DNA of 51,920 nucleotides from a virus: UHGV virus genome UHGV-0124386; one strand, 5' to 3'. Shown piece by piece: positions 43,131 to 51,920 of this stretch (position 1 is its first letter; each line of letters starts with the position of its first letter). The notes under the pieces were generated by a model. It saw only the letters and a program-made list of their open reading frames with translations, ran no database searches and was not told where the DNA came from. The position numbers and the translations under genes were made by a program.

Positions 43131-43835
43131 ATGCGCAATATTCCGAGAGAGATGATTATTGATTCCGTCGATGCCGGAGTCGGCGCGGTCATTGACTTAT
43201 TTGAGCTGGACCTTACGCCCCTGGGTGGCGAGGTTATCCGCTTCCATTCCGGCGCGAATGGCTATTACGGCCAGGTTATCTGGAAGGGCTTGGCTTACAA
43301 CAGCTACCCGATCGAGGCAACTGGCTTCGAAATGAAAAACGAAGGCGTTTACTCACGCCCCCAAATGGTAGTAGCCAACATTGGCGGGCTAATCACCGGG
43401 ATGAATAACGATTTCAACGACCTGCGAGGAATGAAGGTTACTCGCCGCCAGGTGGAAGTAAAATACCTGGACGCCGTTAACTTCCCCAACGGCAATCCAG
43501 ATGCAGATCCATCTATTGAGGCTGTGTCTTTTTACGTCGTTGAAGCGATGAGCGAAGAAACAGCGGACCAGGTGCAATATGAACTGTCAACGCCAATTGA
43601 TGCTGATAAAGCGGTTATCCCTGGGCGCACAATCCTCGCTGACGTTTGCCAGTGGCAATATCGCGGCGACGGTTGCGGATATAGTGGCGGCCCTGTAGCT
43701 ACTGACAAAGACGAATCGACAAGCGATCCAAAGCTGGATAAATGCAGCCACCGCCTAAGCGGTTGCCGTTTGCGTTTTCCGCGCCCGAATCCGTTACCAA
43801 TTTCATGTTTCCCAGGATCAAGCAAGGTGGGTTGA
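43131..43835 (+). CDS. L: minor tail protein L (lambda gpL-like, 234 aa)
   Basis: Aligns with recalled lambda L (DLT..GGE, FLDAVNF.NGN..ADP, C.W.YRGD.CGYSG, KDKCS..LSGC..RF). Confidence 0.8.
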   Translation: MRNIPREMIIDSVDAGVGAVIDLFELDLTPLGGEVIRFHSGANGYYGQVIWKGLAYNSYPIEATGFEMKNEGVYSRPQMVVANIGGLITGMNNDFNDLRGMKVTRRQVEVKYLDAVNFPNGNPDADPSIEAVSFYVVEAMSEETADQVQYELSTPIDADKAVIPGRTILADVCQWQYRGDGCGYSGGPVATDKDESTSDPKLDKCSHRLSGCRLRFPRPNPLPISCFPGSSKVG

Positions 43836-43837
43836 TT

Positions 43838-44569
43838 ATGGCGCTTGAAGATAAAATGATTCGCTATGCAGCAGCACACCCGCGTGAGGAAGTTTGCGGC
43901 CTGGTGATAGATAACGATTATTTTTACCCGTGCTTAAACGTGTCTGAAACGCCGCACAACAGCTTTAAAATCTCGCCTGACGATTATATCAAAGCTGACG
44001 AATTAGGCGTTATAACAGCAGTTTTCCACTCCCACACCGATGATACCCTGGTATTGTCGGCACGGGATCGACAACAGCATGTTATTTCCGGCCTGCCGTG
44101 GTTTTTATGTTCAGGTGGCAGGGTGAGAAAGTTTCTCCCGGTAGCGCACCTGTTAGGCCGTAAATTTGAGCACGGGAAAACAGACTGCTACTCGCTTTTC
44201 CGTGACGCCTATCACCTTTGCGGCGTGGATCTACCTGACTTTGAGCGCCACGATGGGTGGTGGCTGCGTGGGGAAAACCTGTACATAAAAAACCTGCCAT
44301 TGAACGGGTTTTTCATGGTTGATGCGCAAAGCATTCAGCCTGGTGACGTGATTATCCGCCAGCCGTTTAAAGGCGCTGACCCATGCCACGCGATGATTTT
44401 CCTGGGCGATAACACTGTTTTGCATCATGACAATGCCGGACTGCTAAGCCGCCGCGAGCAAATGCGGCCCGCGTATGTTCGACAAACGCATTCAATATGG
44501 AGATCTGACAAATGCTCAAATTTAGATTTACGGGCAATCTTCGAAGATATTACGGCAAAGTGTGTTTAA
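43838..44569 (+). CDS. K: tail assembly protein K (lambda gpK-like, NlpC/P60 + JAB/MPN, 243 aa)
   Basis: Aligns with recalled lambda K (RFEHG.TDCY.LFRDAYHL.G...PDF, QPGDV, HH); ATG 43838 follows L stop; ORF track frame 43742..44569. Confidence 0.8.
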   Translation: MALEDKMIRYAAAHPREEVCGLVIDNDYFYPCLNVSETPHNSFKISPDDYIKADELGVITAVFHSHTDDTLVLSARDRQQHVISGLPWFLCSGGRVRKFLPVAHLLGRKFEHGKTDCYSLFRDAYHLCGVDLPDFERHDGWWLRGENLYIKNLPLNGFFMVDAQSIQPGDVIIRQPFKGADPCHAMIFLGDNTVLHHDNAGLLSRREQMRPAYVRQTHSIWRSDKCSNLDLRAIFEDITAKCV

Positions 44570-45042
44570 ACGTTGATACGCCAGCGCAAGGACTTAGCCT
44601 ATTGACCGCGCAGGATCAGGAGTTCAAGAAGGCTTTTTTAAATACACCTTTGCGCTTACGAATTGCCGGAAAAGATTATGACGAAAAGACCGCGCCAGCA
44701 GCGGTTAACAGTAAATACCCTGACGGAACAACCATCATTATTGCTCCAGTAGTTGAAGGTGGTATTGCGGGGATTGGTGTTGTGGGTTGGATCTTGATTG
44801 GTGTTTCAGTGGTTAGCGTTGCGTTCTCGATCTTTATGTCTCGCAACCTGAAGATAAAGACGTCAGCAGAAAGCGCACAAGATAACACCATAACGAACAA
44901 CACCTACACCAGCGTTGAAAACAAGGTAGGCCAGGGTAGACCAGTGCCAATCCTGTTGGGTGAAATGAAAATAGGTTCAAACGTCGGATCGTTAGGCATA
45001 GACACAAGCAACAACAGAGATGCATTAGACGTTGTAAGTTAA
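44512..45042 (+). CDS. I: tail assembly protein I (lambda gpI-like, 176 aa)
   Basis: Position, size, ubiquitin-like N-terminal region and hydrophobic central segment; overlaps K end. Confidence 0.7.
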   Translation: MLKFRFTGNLRRYYGKVCLNVDTPAQGLSLLTAQDQEFKKAFLNTPLRLRIAGKDYDEKTAPAAVNSKYPDGTTIIIAPVVEGGIAGIGVVGWILIGVSVVSVAFSIFMSRNLKIKTSAESAQDNTITNNTYTSVENKVGQGRPVPILLGEMKIGSNVGSLGIDTSNNRDALDVVS

Positions 45043-45055
45043 CAGGAGAAAAACC

Positions 45056-48000
45056 ATGAGTAGCGGCGGCGGCAAAGCCAAAACACCACATTTATTGAAC
45101 GATAACCTGTATCATAAACAGTTTTATCGTGTTTTAGACATTCTCAGCGAGGGGCCGATATACGGCCCGGTAAACCAGAAAGCGCCATTAAATGATGTGA
45201 TGCTTAATGACACGCCTGTTACTGACGCCAACGGAAATACGTCAATCCCTGGGGTAAGTATAGCGTGGCGCAATGGCACAGCTGACCAATCACCGATTAA
45301 CGGTTTTAACGCCATTGAATCAACTGTTATTGTCAATGCGAAGGTAACTCACGATACGCCAATAATCAGGACCGTTTCAGACCCAAACGTCACCCGCGTT
45401 AGATTGAATGTTGGCGTTGATGCTCTAGTTCAGTCAGATGATAAGGGCAATCAATATAACACGTCAGTCATGTTAATGGTTGATGTTAAGCCATCATCAT
45501 CATCGACGTGGTCGCTGGTTAAAGACATTACGATCGGGCCTGGTAAACAGAGTGGTGAATACCTGGAAGCTCACGTTATCAACGCACCGGATGAAAAGCC
45601 GTTTGATATTCGCGTTCGTCGCGTAACGCCAGACAGCAAAAGCGATCTTCTTCGTAATGATACGCGGTGGAGCAGTTACAGCGAGATAATCGACGATAAC
45701 CTGTCTTACCCTCATACCGCTGTAGCTGGCGCGGTAATTGACCATGACCAGTATACTGATACTCCTGCCCGCACTTATCATCTGCGCGGACTGATTGTTG
45801 ATGTGCCGGACAACTATAACCCTGAAACGCGCACGTATTCCGGTTTATGGCTTGGTGGATTTAAAAAAGCGTACACCAATAACCCTGCATGGCTTTTCCG
45901 GTATCTGGTTAAAAATGAACGTTTCGGACTTGCTCGCCACGCTGGTTACATTGATGTTGACGATGGCGCATTATATACGCTTTCCCAATACTGCGATCAG
46001 TTGGTTAGCGATGGTTACGGCGGCTTTGAACCTCGCATGACGCTTAATGCTTACATCACGGAACAAATTAGCGCACGCGACTTACTGGATAATATTGCAG
46101 GCATGTTCCGTGGTATTGCATTATGGGACGGGCAGCGCCTTACCGTGATGATTGATGCGCCACAAGATCCAATCGCCACCATTACAAATGCAAACGTAGT
46201 TGATGGCGCGTTTACTCGTTCAAGTATTGCCCGCGCAGAATCTTACAACGCCGTGATTGTGTCATGGACTGACCCGGAAAACGGCTGGGAGCAATCAAAA
46301 GAATACGTGGCAGACGATGAACTGATCGCCCGCGATGGTTATAACGAAACCACGCTAGAGGCTTTCGGTTGCACGTCACGCGGGCAAGCGTACCGCGCTG
46401 GCAAATGGCTGATAGAAACAGCAAAACGCGAGCCGTCAAAATTCACGTTTAAAATGGCCCGTGACGCGATTCACTTTACGCCAGGTGATATTATCGAAAT
46501 CCTGGACAATAACCGCGCAGGCGCTCGCTTAGGCGGTCGCATCGTTGCGAACAATGGCAAAGTAATAACTGTAGACAAGGTTGATGCCAAATATATCTCC
46601 GCTGGAGATACGATCAGCCTGCTTGATAGCGATGGCAAGTTTAAAAAACACCAGATCACTGGAGTTAGCGGAAACAAAATTACCCTTGCATCCGCCCCGG
46701 CATGGATTCGTAACGGTACTGTTTTTGCTGTATCAACCAACGCAGCAAAACCCGTTTTATGTCGAATCACCAGCGTAGCAGAAACAGAAAATAACAGCGT
46801 ATACACCATCGAGGCCGCACAGCATGATCCACATAAGCAGGCCGTAGTCGATAATGGCGCAATCTTCGAGATCAATAACGACACGCTTAATCACTTCCGC
46901 GTGCCGAACATTGAAAATCTGAAGGTGTTAAACGTTGGATCTGAAACGGTTCAATGTCGCGCAACATGGGAAACACAGACGACAACGCGTCGCCTGACCT
47001 TTGAGATTCGCGTGTATAACGCCGACGGCGCTGTGGTTAAAAGCTACGAAACTACGAATTACAGTTATGATTTTTATGGCATTGATTCAGGAACCTACTC
47101 ATTAGGCATTCGCGGTCGTAATGATACGGGCATGAAGGGCGCTGAGAGTATAGTTGATCTGGTTATTGGTGCACCAGCAGCCCCGATTGGCGTTAATTGG
47201 GTTCCTGGTGTATTCCAGGCAACAGTGTATCCGATCAGCAGAACAACGCTTACCACTGATACCAGTTACGAGTTTTATTACTCAGGTGAAACACAGATCA
47301 CCGACCCGGCATCAGTAACCACTAAAGCACAATATACGGGGCGTGGTCATCAGTGGACGTTTGGCGGCATGAATACAGGTCACATATATTACGTTTATGT
47401 GCGCACGCGTAACGCTTTTGGTGTGTCTGACTTTGTGGAAGCGTCAGGTAAGCCAACAGAAAACTTTGACGAAATTACCGATTACGTCACCAAAGACGTA
47501 ATGAATTCCAAACAATTTAAAGAAATGGTTGGTGACATTAAAGATCTAGGCGACCGCACTGATCTTATCGAAAGCGCTACGAATGACCTTAAAACTGCTA
47601 CTGACAACCTCAAAACTGCAACTGATAATCTGACCAATATAACTGACGATTTAAGGACTGAAACTGACAACCTAACCATAGAAACAGGATCAATAAAAGC
47701 TGACACGGACACACTTAAAAAAGAAACGGAAGATCTTTATAAAAAGGTTAAGGAAAACGCCGATGATATTGGACAGCATGAGTCGAGAATCGACTCGCTA
47801 GAGGTGTCTAGCGAAAAAGTTGGCAGCGAACTAGCGCAAGCAAAAGCAAGTCTGCAAAACGCCTCACTTGCTCTTATTAATAACTCGCTTGCACAGACTA
47901 ACACTCGCGTAACTCTTACCGCTCAGTACAAGAAAGGCAGGACAGAGACGAAAGCGGAAATTGACCGCATTGACAACGTTATCGCTGAAGAGAAAAAAGC

Positions 48001-50026
48001 GACAGCGGAATCACTGGAAACCATCACGGCAGAAATGAATGTGATGGACACAAACCTTAAAGGTCAGATCTCTAATGTGCAACGCGCAGTAGCTGACGAG
48101 GCCAGCGCTCGCGCTGAAGCTATTAACGGTGTAAATGCCTCAATAAGCAATCTTGACAAGAAAACTGACGCCAGCGTAAACCGTCTTGATCGGGCAATTG
48201 CAGACGAAACAAGTGCGCGTACTCAGGCTATCAGCGACGTGAACGCAAGTATCTCAACGCTTGACAAGAAAACTGACGCCAGTGTTAAGCGCCTCGATAA
48301 GGCAATATCAGATGAAACGCAGGCAAGAAGCGACGCAATAACAGTGGTTAAAGCTGATTTAACAACGCTTGAAAATAACACAAATGCCAGTGTTAGCCGT
48401 CTTGATCAAGCTATCGCTGACGAATCAAGCACACGCGCTCAGGCGATATCAGGTATCAGCGCGTCGCTTGGCAGCGTTAAAAGTGAGGTTGATAAAAACA
48501 GCGACGAGATAGTTCAGGCGAAAGCAGGTCTGCAAAACGCATCTCTGGCGCTTATTAATAACTCAATGGCGCAAAGCAAGATGAGCACTGTTATTGAGGC
48601 GAAATACAGGAAAGGACAAAGAAAAACAAAAGCGGAAATAGCAAGGGTAGACACAGCAATCGCAGATGAGGCGAGCGCACGCGCAGAAGCTATTAGCAAC
48701 GTTAACGCCAGCGTCAGTAGTCTTGAAAGCAAGACCGACGCGAGCGTTTCCCGTCTTGATAAAGCAATCGCAGATGAGGCGAGCGCACGCGCAGAAGCTA
48801 TTAGCGGGGTTAATGCGTCAATTTCCACGCTCGATAGCAAGGTGACAAGCAACGTAACCAGGATGGATAAAGCGATCGCAGATGAGAAGAATGCACGCAC
48901 TGACGCAATCAGCAGCCTTAACTCATCGCTTACCAGTACGATTAATTCGAAAGTATCCGAAGTGTCAACTGCACTTTCTACGCATGAAACATCAAGCGCG
49001 GAAAAATTTGGCCAGATCTCGGCATCTTTCGACGATGTAAACTCAAGCATCACGGAATGGTCACAGGCTATGGCAACGGCAGACGAGGCATTGTCAACCA
49101 GAATCGACCAGTTGAAAGTAACTATTAACGGAAACACAACGGCGATAGAAACGACATCAAAAGCACTGACTGACTTCAAAGGTAACGTTGATGCGTCATA
49201 TTCAATTAAGATTGCCACTGATAAAAACGGTATGAAATACGCTACAGGAATGTCGCTCGGCCTTACTGGTAGCGGGACTAACGTTCAATCGCAGTGTATT
49301 TTCCTCGTTGACCGTTTCGTGCTTATGACTGCGGCAGGTGGCTCCTATCAGACCCCGTTCTATGTTACTAACGGTGCTTGCTACATCCGTGATGCGTGGA
49401 TCAGAGACGCATCAATCACTACCGCGAAGATTGCGCAGCAAATTCAGTCAACCAACTATAAAGCTGGTTCGGCTGGCTGGATGCTAAATAAAAACGGCAA
49501 TGCGGAGTTCAACAACGTCACTGTACGCGGTACGGTGTACGCAACATCTGGTAAATTCACTGGTGAGATTCAGGCCACAAGCGGGAAGTTTAAAGGTACA
49601 GTAGAGGCAAAGTCATTTGTCGGTGACGTTGCTAACATGGGGGTTGGTCCAGATCGAGTGCTTGGGCATAACGGAAGTTATAGCGCAACCATCACATATA
49701 AAGACAGCACGGATAATGCATTGACGAAATCAGTTATGCTTATGGCGACTATTTCATTAATGTCTGGTGAATATAGATCCACTTATAACGTAACGTTTAG
49801 TTGCGGAGATAAAAACAAAACAATTTCATATTACGTGCCTTATGGTGGATGCACATTAACAGTGCAATGCGCTTTTTCTGGTTTAAAAGCATCAGATATT
49901 ATCGGGAAAATATATTGTCCTCAAACATCATCATCTGAAGGATACGCATATTGTACCGCGTTGTATTCTCCAACAATGATAGTAGCAAGAGGCACCGGAT
50001 CATTTAGAACATCAACGACAGCATAA
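45056..50026 (+). CDS. J: central tail fibre / host specificity protein J-like with expanded coiled-coil repeat region (1656 aa)
   Basis: Position after I; N-terminal J-like region; central tandem 36-aa repeats; about 500 aa longer than lambda J. Confidence 0.8.
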   Translation: MSSGGGKAKTPHLLNDNLYHKQFYRVLDILSEGPIYGPVNQKAPLNDVMLNDTPVTDANGNTSIPGVSIAWRNGTADQSPINGFNAIESTVIVNAKVTHDTPIIRTVSDPNVTRVRLNVGVDALVQSDDKGNQYNTSVMLMVDVKPSSSSTWSLVKDITIGPGKQSGEYLEAHVINAPDEKPFDIRVRRVTPDSKSDLLRNDTRWSSYSEIIDDNLSYPHTAVAGAVIDHDQYTDTPARTYHLRGLIVDVPDNYNPETRTYSGLWLGGFKKAYTNNPAWLFRYLVKNERFGLARHAGYIDVDDGALYTLSQYCDQLVSDGYGGFEPRMTLNAYITEQISARDLLDNIAGMFRGIALWDGQRLTVMIDAPQDPIATITNANVVDGAFTRSSIARAESYNAVIVSWTDPENGWEQSKEYVADDELIARDGYNETTLEAFGCTSRGQAYRAGKWLIETAKREPSKFTFKMARDAIHFTPGDIIEILDNNRAGARLGGRIVANNGKVITVDKVDAKYISAGDTISLLDSDGKFKKHQITGVSGNKITLASAPAWIRNGTVFAVSTNAAKPVLCRITSVAETENNSVYTIEAAQHDPHKQAVVDNGAIFEINNDTLNHFRVPNIENLKVLNVGSETVQCRATWETQTTTRRLTFEIRVYNADGAVVKSYETTNYSYDFYGIDSGTYSLGIRGRNDTGMKGAESIVDLVIGAPAAPIGVNWVPGVFQATVYPISRTTLTTDTSYEFYYSGETQITDPASVTTKAQYTGRGHQWTFGGMNTGHIYYVYVRTRNAFGVSDFVEASGKPTENFDEITDYVTKDVMNSKQFKEMVGDIKDLGDRTDLIESATNDLKTATDNLKTATDNLTNITDDLRTETDNLTIETGSIKADTDTLKKETEDLYKKVKENADDIGQHESRIDSLEVSSEKVGSELAQAKASLQNASLALINNSLAQTNTRVTLTAQYKKGRTETKAEIDRIDNVIAEEKKATAESLETITAEMNVMDTNLKGQISNVQRAVADEASARAEAINGVNASISNLDKKTDASVNRLDRAIADETSARTQAISDVNASISTLDKKTDASVKRLDKAISDETQARSDAITVVKADLTTLENNTNASVSRLDQAIADESSTRAQAISGISASLGSVKSEVDKNSDEIVQAKAGLQNASLALINNSMAQSKMSTVIEAKYRKGQRKTKAEIARVDTAIADEASARAEAISNVNASVSSLESKTDASVSRLDKAIADEASARAEAISGVNASISTLDSKVTSNVTRMDKAIADEKNARTDAISSLNSSLTSTINSKVSEVSTALSTHETSSAEKFGQISASFDDVNSSITEWSQAMATADEALSTRIDQLKVTINGNTTAIETTSKALTDFKGNVDASYSIKIATDKNGMKYATGMSLGLTGSGTNVQSQCIFLVDRFVLMTAAGGSYQTPFYVTNGACYIRDAWIRDASITTAKIAQQIQSTNYKAGSAGWMLNKNGNAEFNNVTVRGTVYATSGKFTGEIQATSGKFKGTVEAKSFVGDVANMGVGPDRVLGHNGSYSATITYKDSTDNALTKSVMLMATISLMSGEYRSTYNVTFSCGDKNKTISYYVPYGGCTLTVQCAFSGLKASDIIGKIYCPQTSSSEGYAYCTALYSPTMIVARGTGSFRTSTTA
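48088..48900. repeat. tandem 108-bp (36-aa) repeats inside J, plus a duplicated ~50-aa module at about 47806 and 48511
   Basis: 42-bp exact repeat GCAATCGCAGATGAGGCGAGCGCACGCGCAGAAGCTATTAGC at 48656 and 48764; at least 6 units of AIADEASARAEAIS.VNAS.S.L..KTDASV.RLDK; coordinates approximate. Confidence 0.75.
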
Positions 50027-50028
50027 AA

Positions 50029-50054
50029 AACGGGGCATAAGCCCCGTTTTTTTA
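50029..50054 (+). terminator. rho-independent terminator after J
   Basis: AACGGGGC-ATAA-GCCCCGTT followed by TTTTTTAT. Confidence 0.75.
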
Positions 50055-50064
50055 TGCATTGTTT

Positions 50065-50310
50065 TTATTTTTTACACCCATCATTTACACCAGAAAAATG
50101 GATAGGTAAATTACATTCACTGTCAATAATTTTACCTTGTAGTTGTTTTTCTTTCCATGAGTCAGTATTGAAATAACTCGAACGTTGGTTATCAAGGCCA
50201 GTATCACCATATTGAGCAGTGCCAGCATCACTCTTATCTGTCGAATTTACAGAAGCAAAAGCACCAAAAGACAGAGCTGATAAGATGCAAGCAACAATTA
50301 GTTTTTTCAT
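50065..50310 (-). CDS. small secreted protein (81 aa with signal peptide), antisense moron after J
   Basis: Signal peptide MKKLIVACILSALSFGAFA; SD AAGGTGA; ORF track extends to 50367. Confidence 0.45.
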   Translation of the reverse strand: MKKLIVACILSALSFGAFASVNSTDKSDAGTAQYGDTGLDNQRSSYFNTDSWKEKQLQGKIIDSECNLPIHFSGVNDGCKK

Positions 50311-50507
50311 TGTATTCACCTTACTGTTTGTTTTACTGTCATTTGTTGTTCGTGATGATCCACCCATCCGATGAGCAAATCACCGCAGAAGCTATCATTT
50401 CGTATGTTGATATAGATCAAAAAATACATTATGTATAAGCCCAAAGTGTAACACAGATCACAAAATGGTAGAATTGTTTAGTTAATTAACAAAACGGAGT
50501 TATTGCG

Positions 50508-51920
50508 ATGATTTACACAACAGGCACTATAGCTGTTAGCGGAAACACAGTTACCGGGGCAGGGACTGAATTCAACGCCGCATTATCTCTGATCAGAGTG
50601 GGTTGCACTCTTATTGCCATTAGCGATCCGGTGCAGATTTTTTCAATCACAAAGGTAAAAAGCGCAACAAGTTTGTCGGTAACTCCTGCGGCAAGTCCGG
50701 CTATTCCGGCTGGAACTAAATTTAGCATCCTGCTTTCAGATTCGATCTCTGTGGATGGTCTTGCTCAGGATGTCGCCGAAACACTGCGTTACTATCAGGG
50801 CAAAGAATCAGAAATAGCGGACGCAGTTGAATTTTTTAGCGACAACAAAGATGTGATTTCAGCCTCAAAATTAGCATCACAATCAGCTACCACTGCAACC
50901 AACGCTGCAACAACAGCGACAAGCGCAGCCGATTCAGCTAAGACATACAGAGACGAAGCCCACGAATACGCCAATCAGACCGCACAGCCTTACGCGTATG
51001 TTTTGCAACCGCTGCCGGACGTATGGATACCGTTTAACGATTCTCTCGATATGATCACGGGCTACGGCCCTGGTACTAAAAAAGTAACCATTAATGGGGA
51101 AGAAAAAACAATATCATCAGATAAAGTTGTTTCTTTCTCACGCGCAAGCACTGCTACTTACATTAACAAATCAGGTGTTTTAACTGTGGCTGGTATTAAT
51201 GAGCCACGTTTTGAACGCGAAGGATTACTGATTGAGGGGACGCGCACAAACCTGTTAATAAACAGTACAGACCCTTCGAAGTGGAATAAGTCAACTTCAC
51301 TGGACGTTACAGAAACAGGCACAGATAGTTTTGGGTTTAATTATGGCCGGTTTGTCGTACAGGATTCGATTGTTGGTACAAGTAAAGCGCATACCATTAC
51401 CGGACTGTATTCGAGTGCCGGAGGGGTTGATACTTCAGGGGACGAAAAGCATGTAACTATATCCTGTCGGGTAAAAAGTGAAGTTGATAATATCGCCGTT
51501 CGTATTTTATTTGAACATTATGATGGGGAGGTAAGGACATCAATAGGAGCAGCAAACCTGAACCTTACCACCCGCATAATTAGCAAGACAGGTCAGACAA
51601 GCCGTGTTACAGCAAGGTCTGTTAAGGATGATGCAACTGGCTGGATATTTTTTGAGGCTACATTAAAAGCAGATACAACAGAAAATACGGTTGGTGGTTT
51701 CATCCAGTATTCTCCGGATACAGGTCAGATGGTGGCATCAGGGGATTGTCTCGATGTAACCACTCCACAGATTGAGGCTGGTGCAGGCGCATCATCTTTT
51801 ATTGTTACGGGGTCGGCAGCAGCAACGCGGGCAAGCGATATGGTGACAGTCCCAATCAAGAATAACCTTTATAATCTTCCTTTTACGGTTCTTTGTGAGG
51901 TACATAAGAACTGGTATAAA
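50508..51920 (+). CDS. tail fibre protein (side tail fibre-like), 3'-truncated by window end
   Basis: ATG 50508 with SD GGAG; open frame to window end (471 codons, no stop); Ala/Thr/Ser-rich fibre-like composition; position after J. Confidence 0.6.
   Translation, partial: MIYTTGTIAVSGNTVTGAGTEFNAALSLIRVGCTLIAISDPVQIFSITKVKSATSLSVTPAASPAIPAGTKFSILLSDSISVDGLAQDVAETLRYYQGKESEIADAVEFFSDNKDVISASKLASQSATTATNAATTATSAADSAKTYRDEAHEYANQTAQPYAYVLQPLPDVWIPFNDSLDMITGYGPGTKKVTINGEEKTISSDKVVSFSRASTATYINKSGVLTVAGINEPRFEREGLLIEGTRTNLLINSTDPSKWNKSTSLDVTETGTDSFGFNYGRFVVQDSIVGTSKAHTITGLYSSAGGVDTSGDEKHVTISCRVKSEVDNIAVRILFEHYDGEVRTSIGAANLNLTTRIISKTGQTSRVTARSVKDDATGWIFFEATLKADTTENTVGGFIQYSPDTGQMVASGDCLDVTTPQIEAGAGASSFIVTGSAAATRASDMVTVPIKNNLYNLPFTVLCEVHKNWYK

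Noticed and set aside
48088-48900. Possible CRISPR array (regular ~108-bp periodicity)
   Set aside because: Repeats are in-frame coding repeats within J with no unique spacers or cas genes; a protein coiled-coil repeat, not CRISPR.
48514-49218. 234-aa antisense ORF inside the J gene
   Set aside because: Low-complexity Ala/Ser/Leu translation produced by the complement of the coiled-coil tandem repeats; fully embedded in a well-supported gene.
50065-50310. Lipoprotein (Bor-like) call for the secreted protein because of IVAC near the N-terminus
   Set aside because: The Cys is at residue 8, too close to the N-terminus for a lipobox after a normal signal h-region; an AFA-type signal peptidase I site around residue 19 fits better.
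50513-50728. 71-aa minus-strand ORF at the start of the side tail fibre gene
   Set aside because: Fully overlaps the plus-strand fibre gene, which has a proper SD and open frame to the window end.

Overview
The window is an internal ~52 kb segment of a mosaic lambdoid prophage (P22/lambda/phage-21-like modules) from an enterobacterial host; it starts inside the prophage next to an excisionase and runs off the right end inside a tail-fibre gene. Layout: positions 1-7731 are a leftward (minus-strand) operon with an AlpA/Xis-like gene, NinB, a DnaB-type helicase, an HTH-metallophosphoesterase, a triple zinc-ribbon/T5orf172 protein, an O-like replication initiator and a Cro/CII-position HTH protein. 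Positions 7732-8036 are a divergent control region, followed on the plus strand by a CI-like S24 repressor, a terminator, a sigma70-like promoter, a long structured leader with a nut-like site, an N-like antiterminator, arf-like/Erf/SSB, a block of small accessory genes, a Dam-like methyltransferase, a YhhQ-like membrane protein, a C5-methyltransferase-like protein, NinF-like/NinG/RusA, a Q-type antiterminator, about 5.5 kb of small genes including a paralog family, a candidate late promoter-terminator, a pinholin/SAR-endolysin/Rz/Rz1 lysis cassette, terminase, portal, head, and lambda-like tail genes (tube, chaperone, tape measure, M, L, K, I, J). Three antisense islands interrupt the tail cluster: a secreted protein, a candidate RelE-like toxin pair, and a decayed HNH-AP2 homing endonuclease. 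The most unusual feature is a tight array of nine 20-34 codon genes (26077-26816) encoding single-pass hydrophobic peptides between the lysis cassette and the small terminase subunit. A dispersed motif family (core ACAAAATG, sometimes fused to a TGTGA-N6-TCACA palindrome) recurs at 13 sites, mostly at module junctions. All calls rest on reading the sequence and the supplied ORF translations; no database search was run. Protein-family assignments are from recalled motifs, and coordinates of motifs and sub-60-codon ORFs may be off by 1-2 bp. No tRNA, rRNA or CRISPR array was found.
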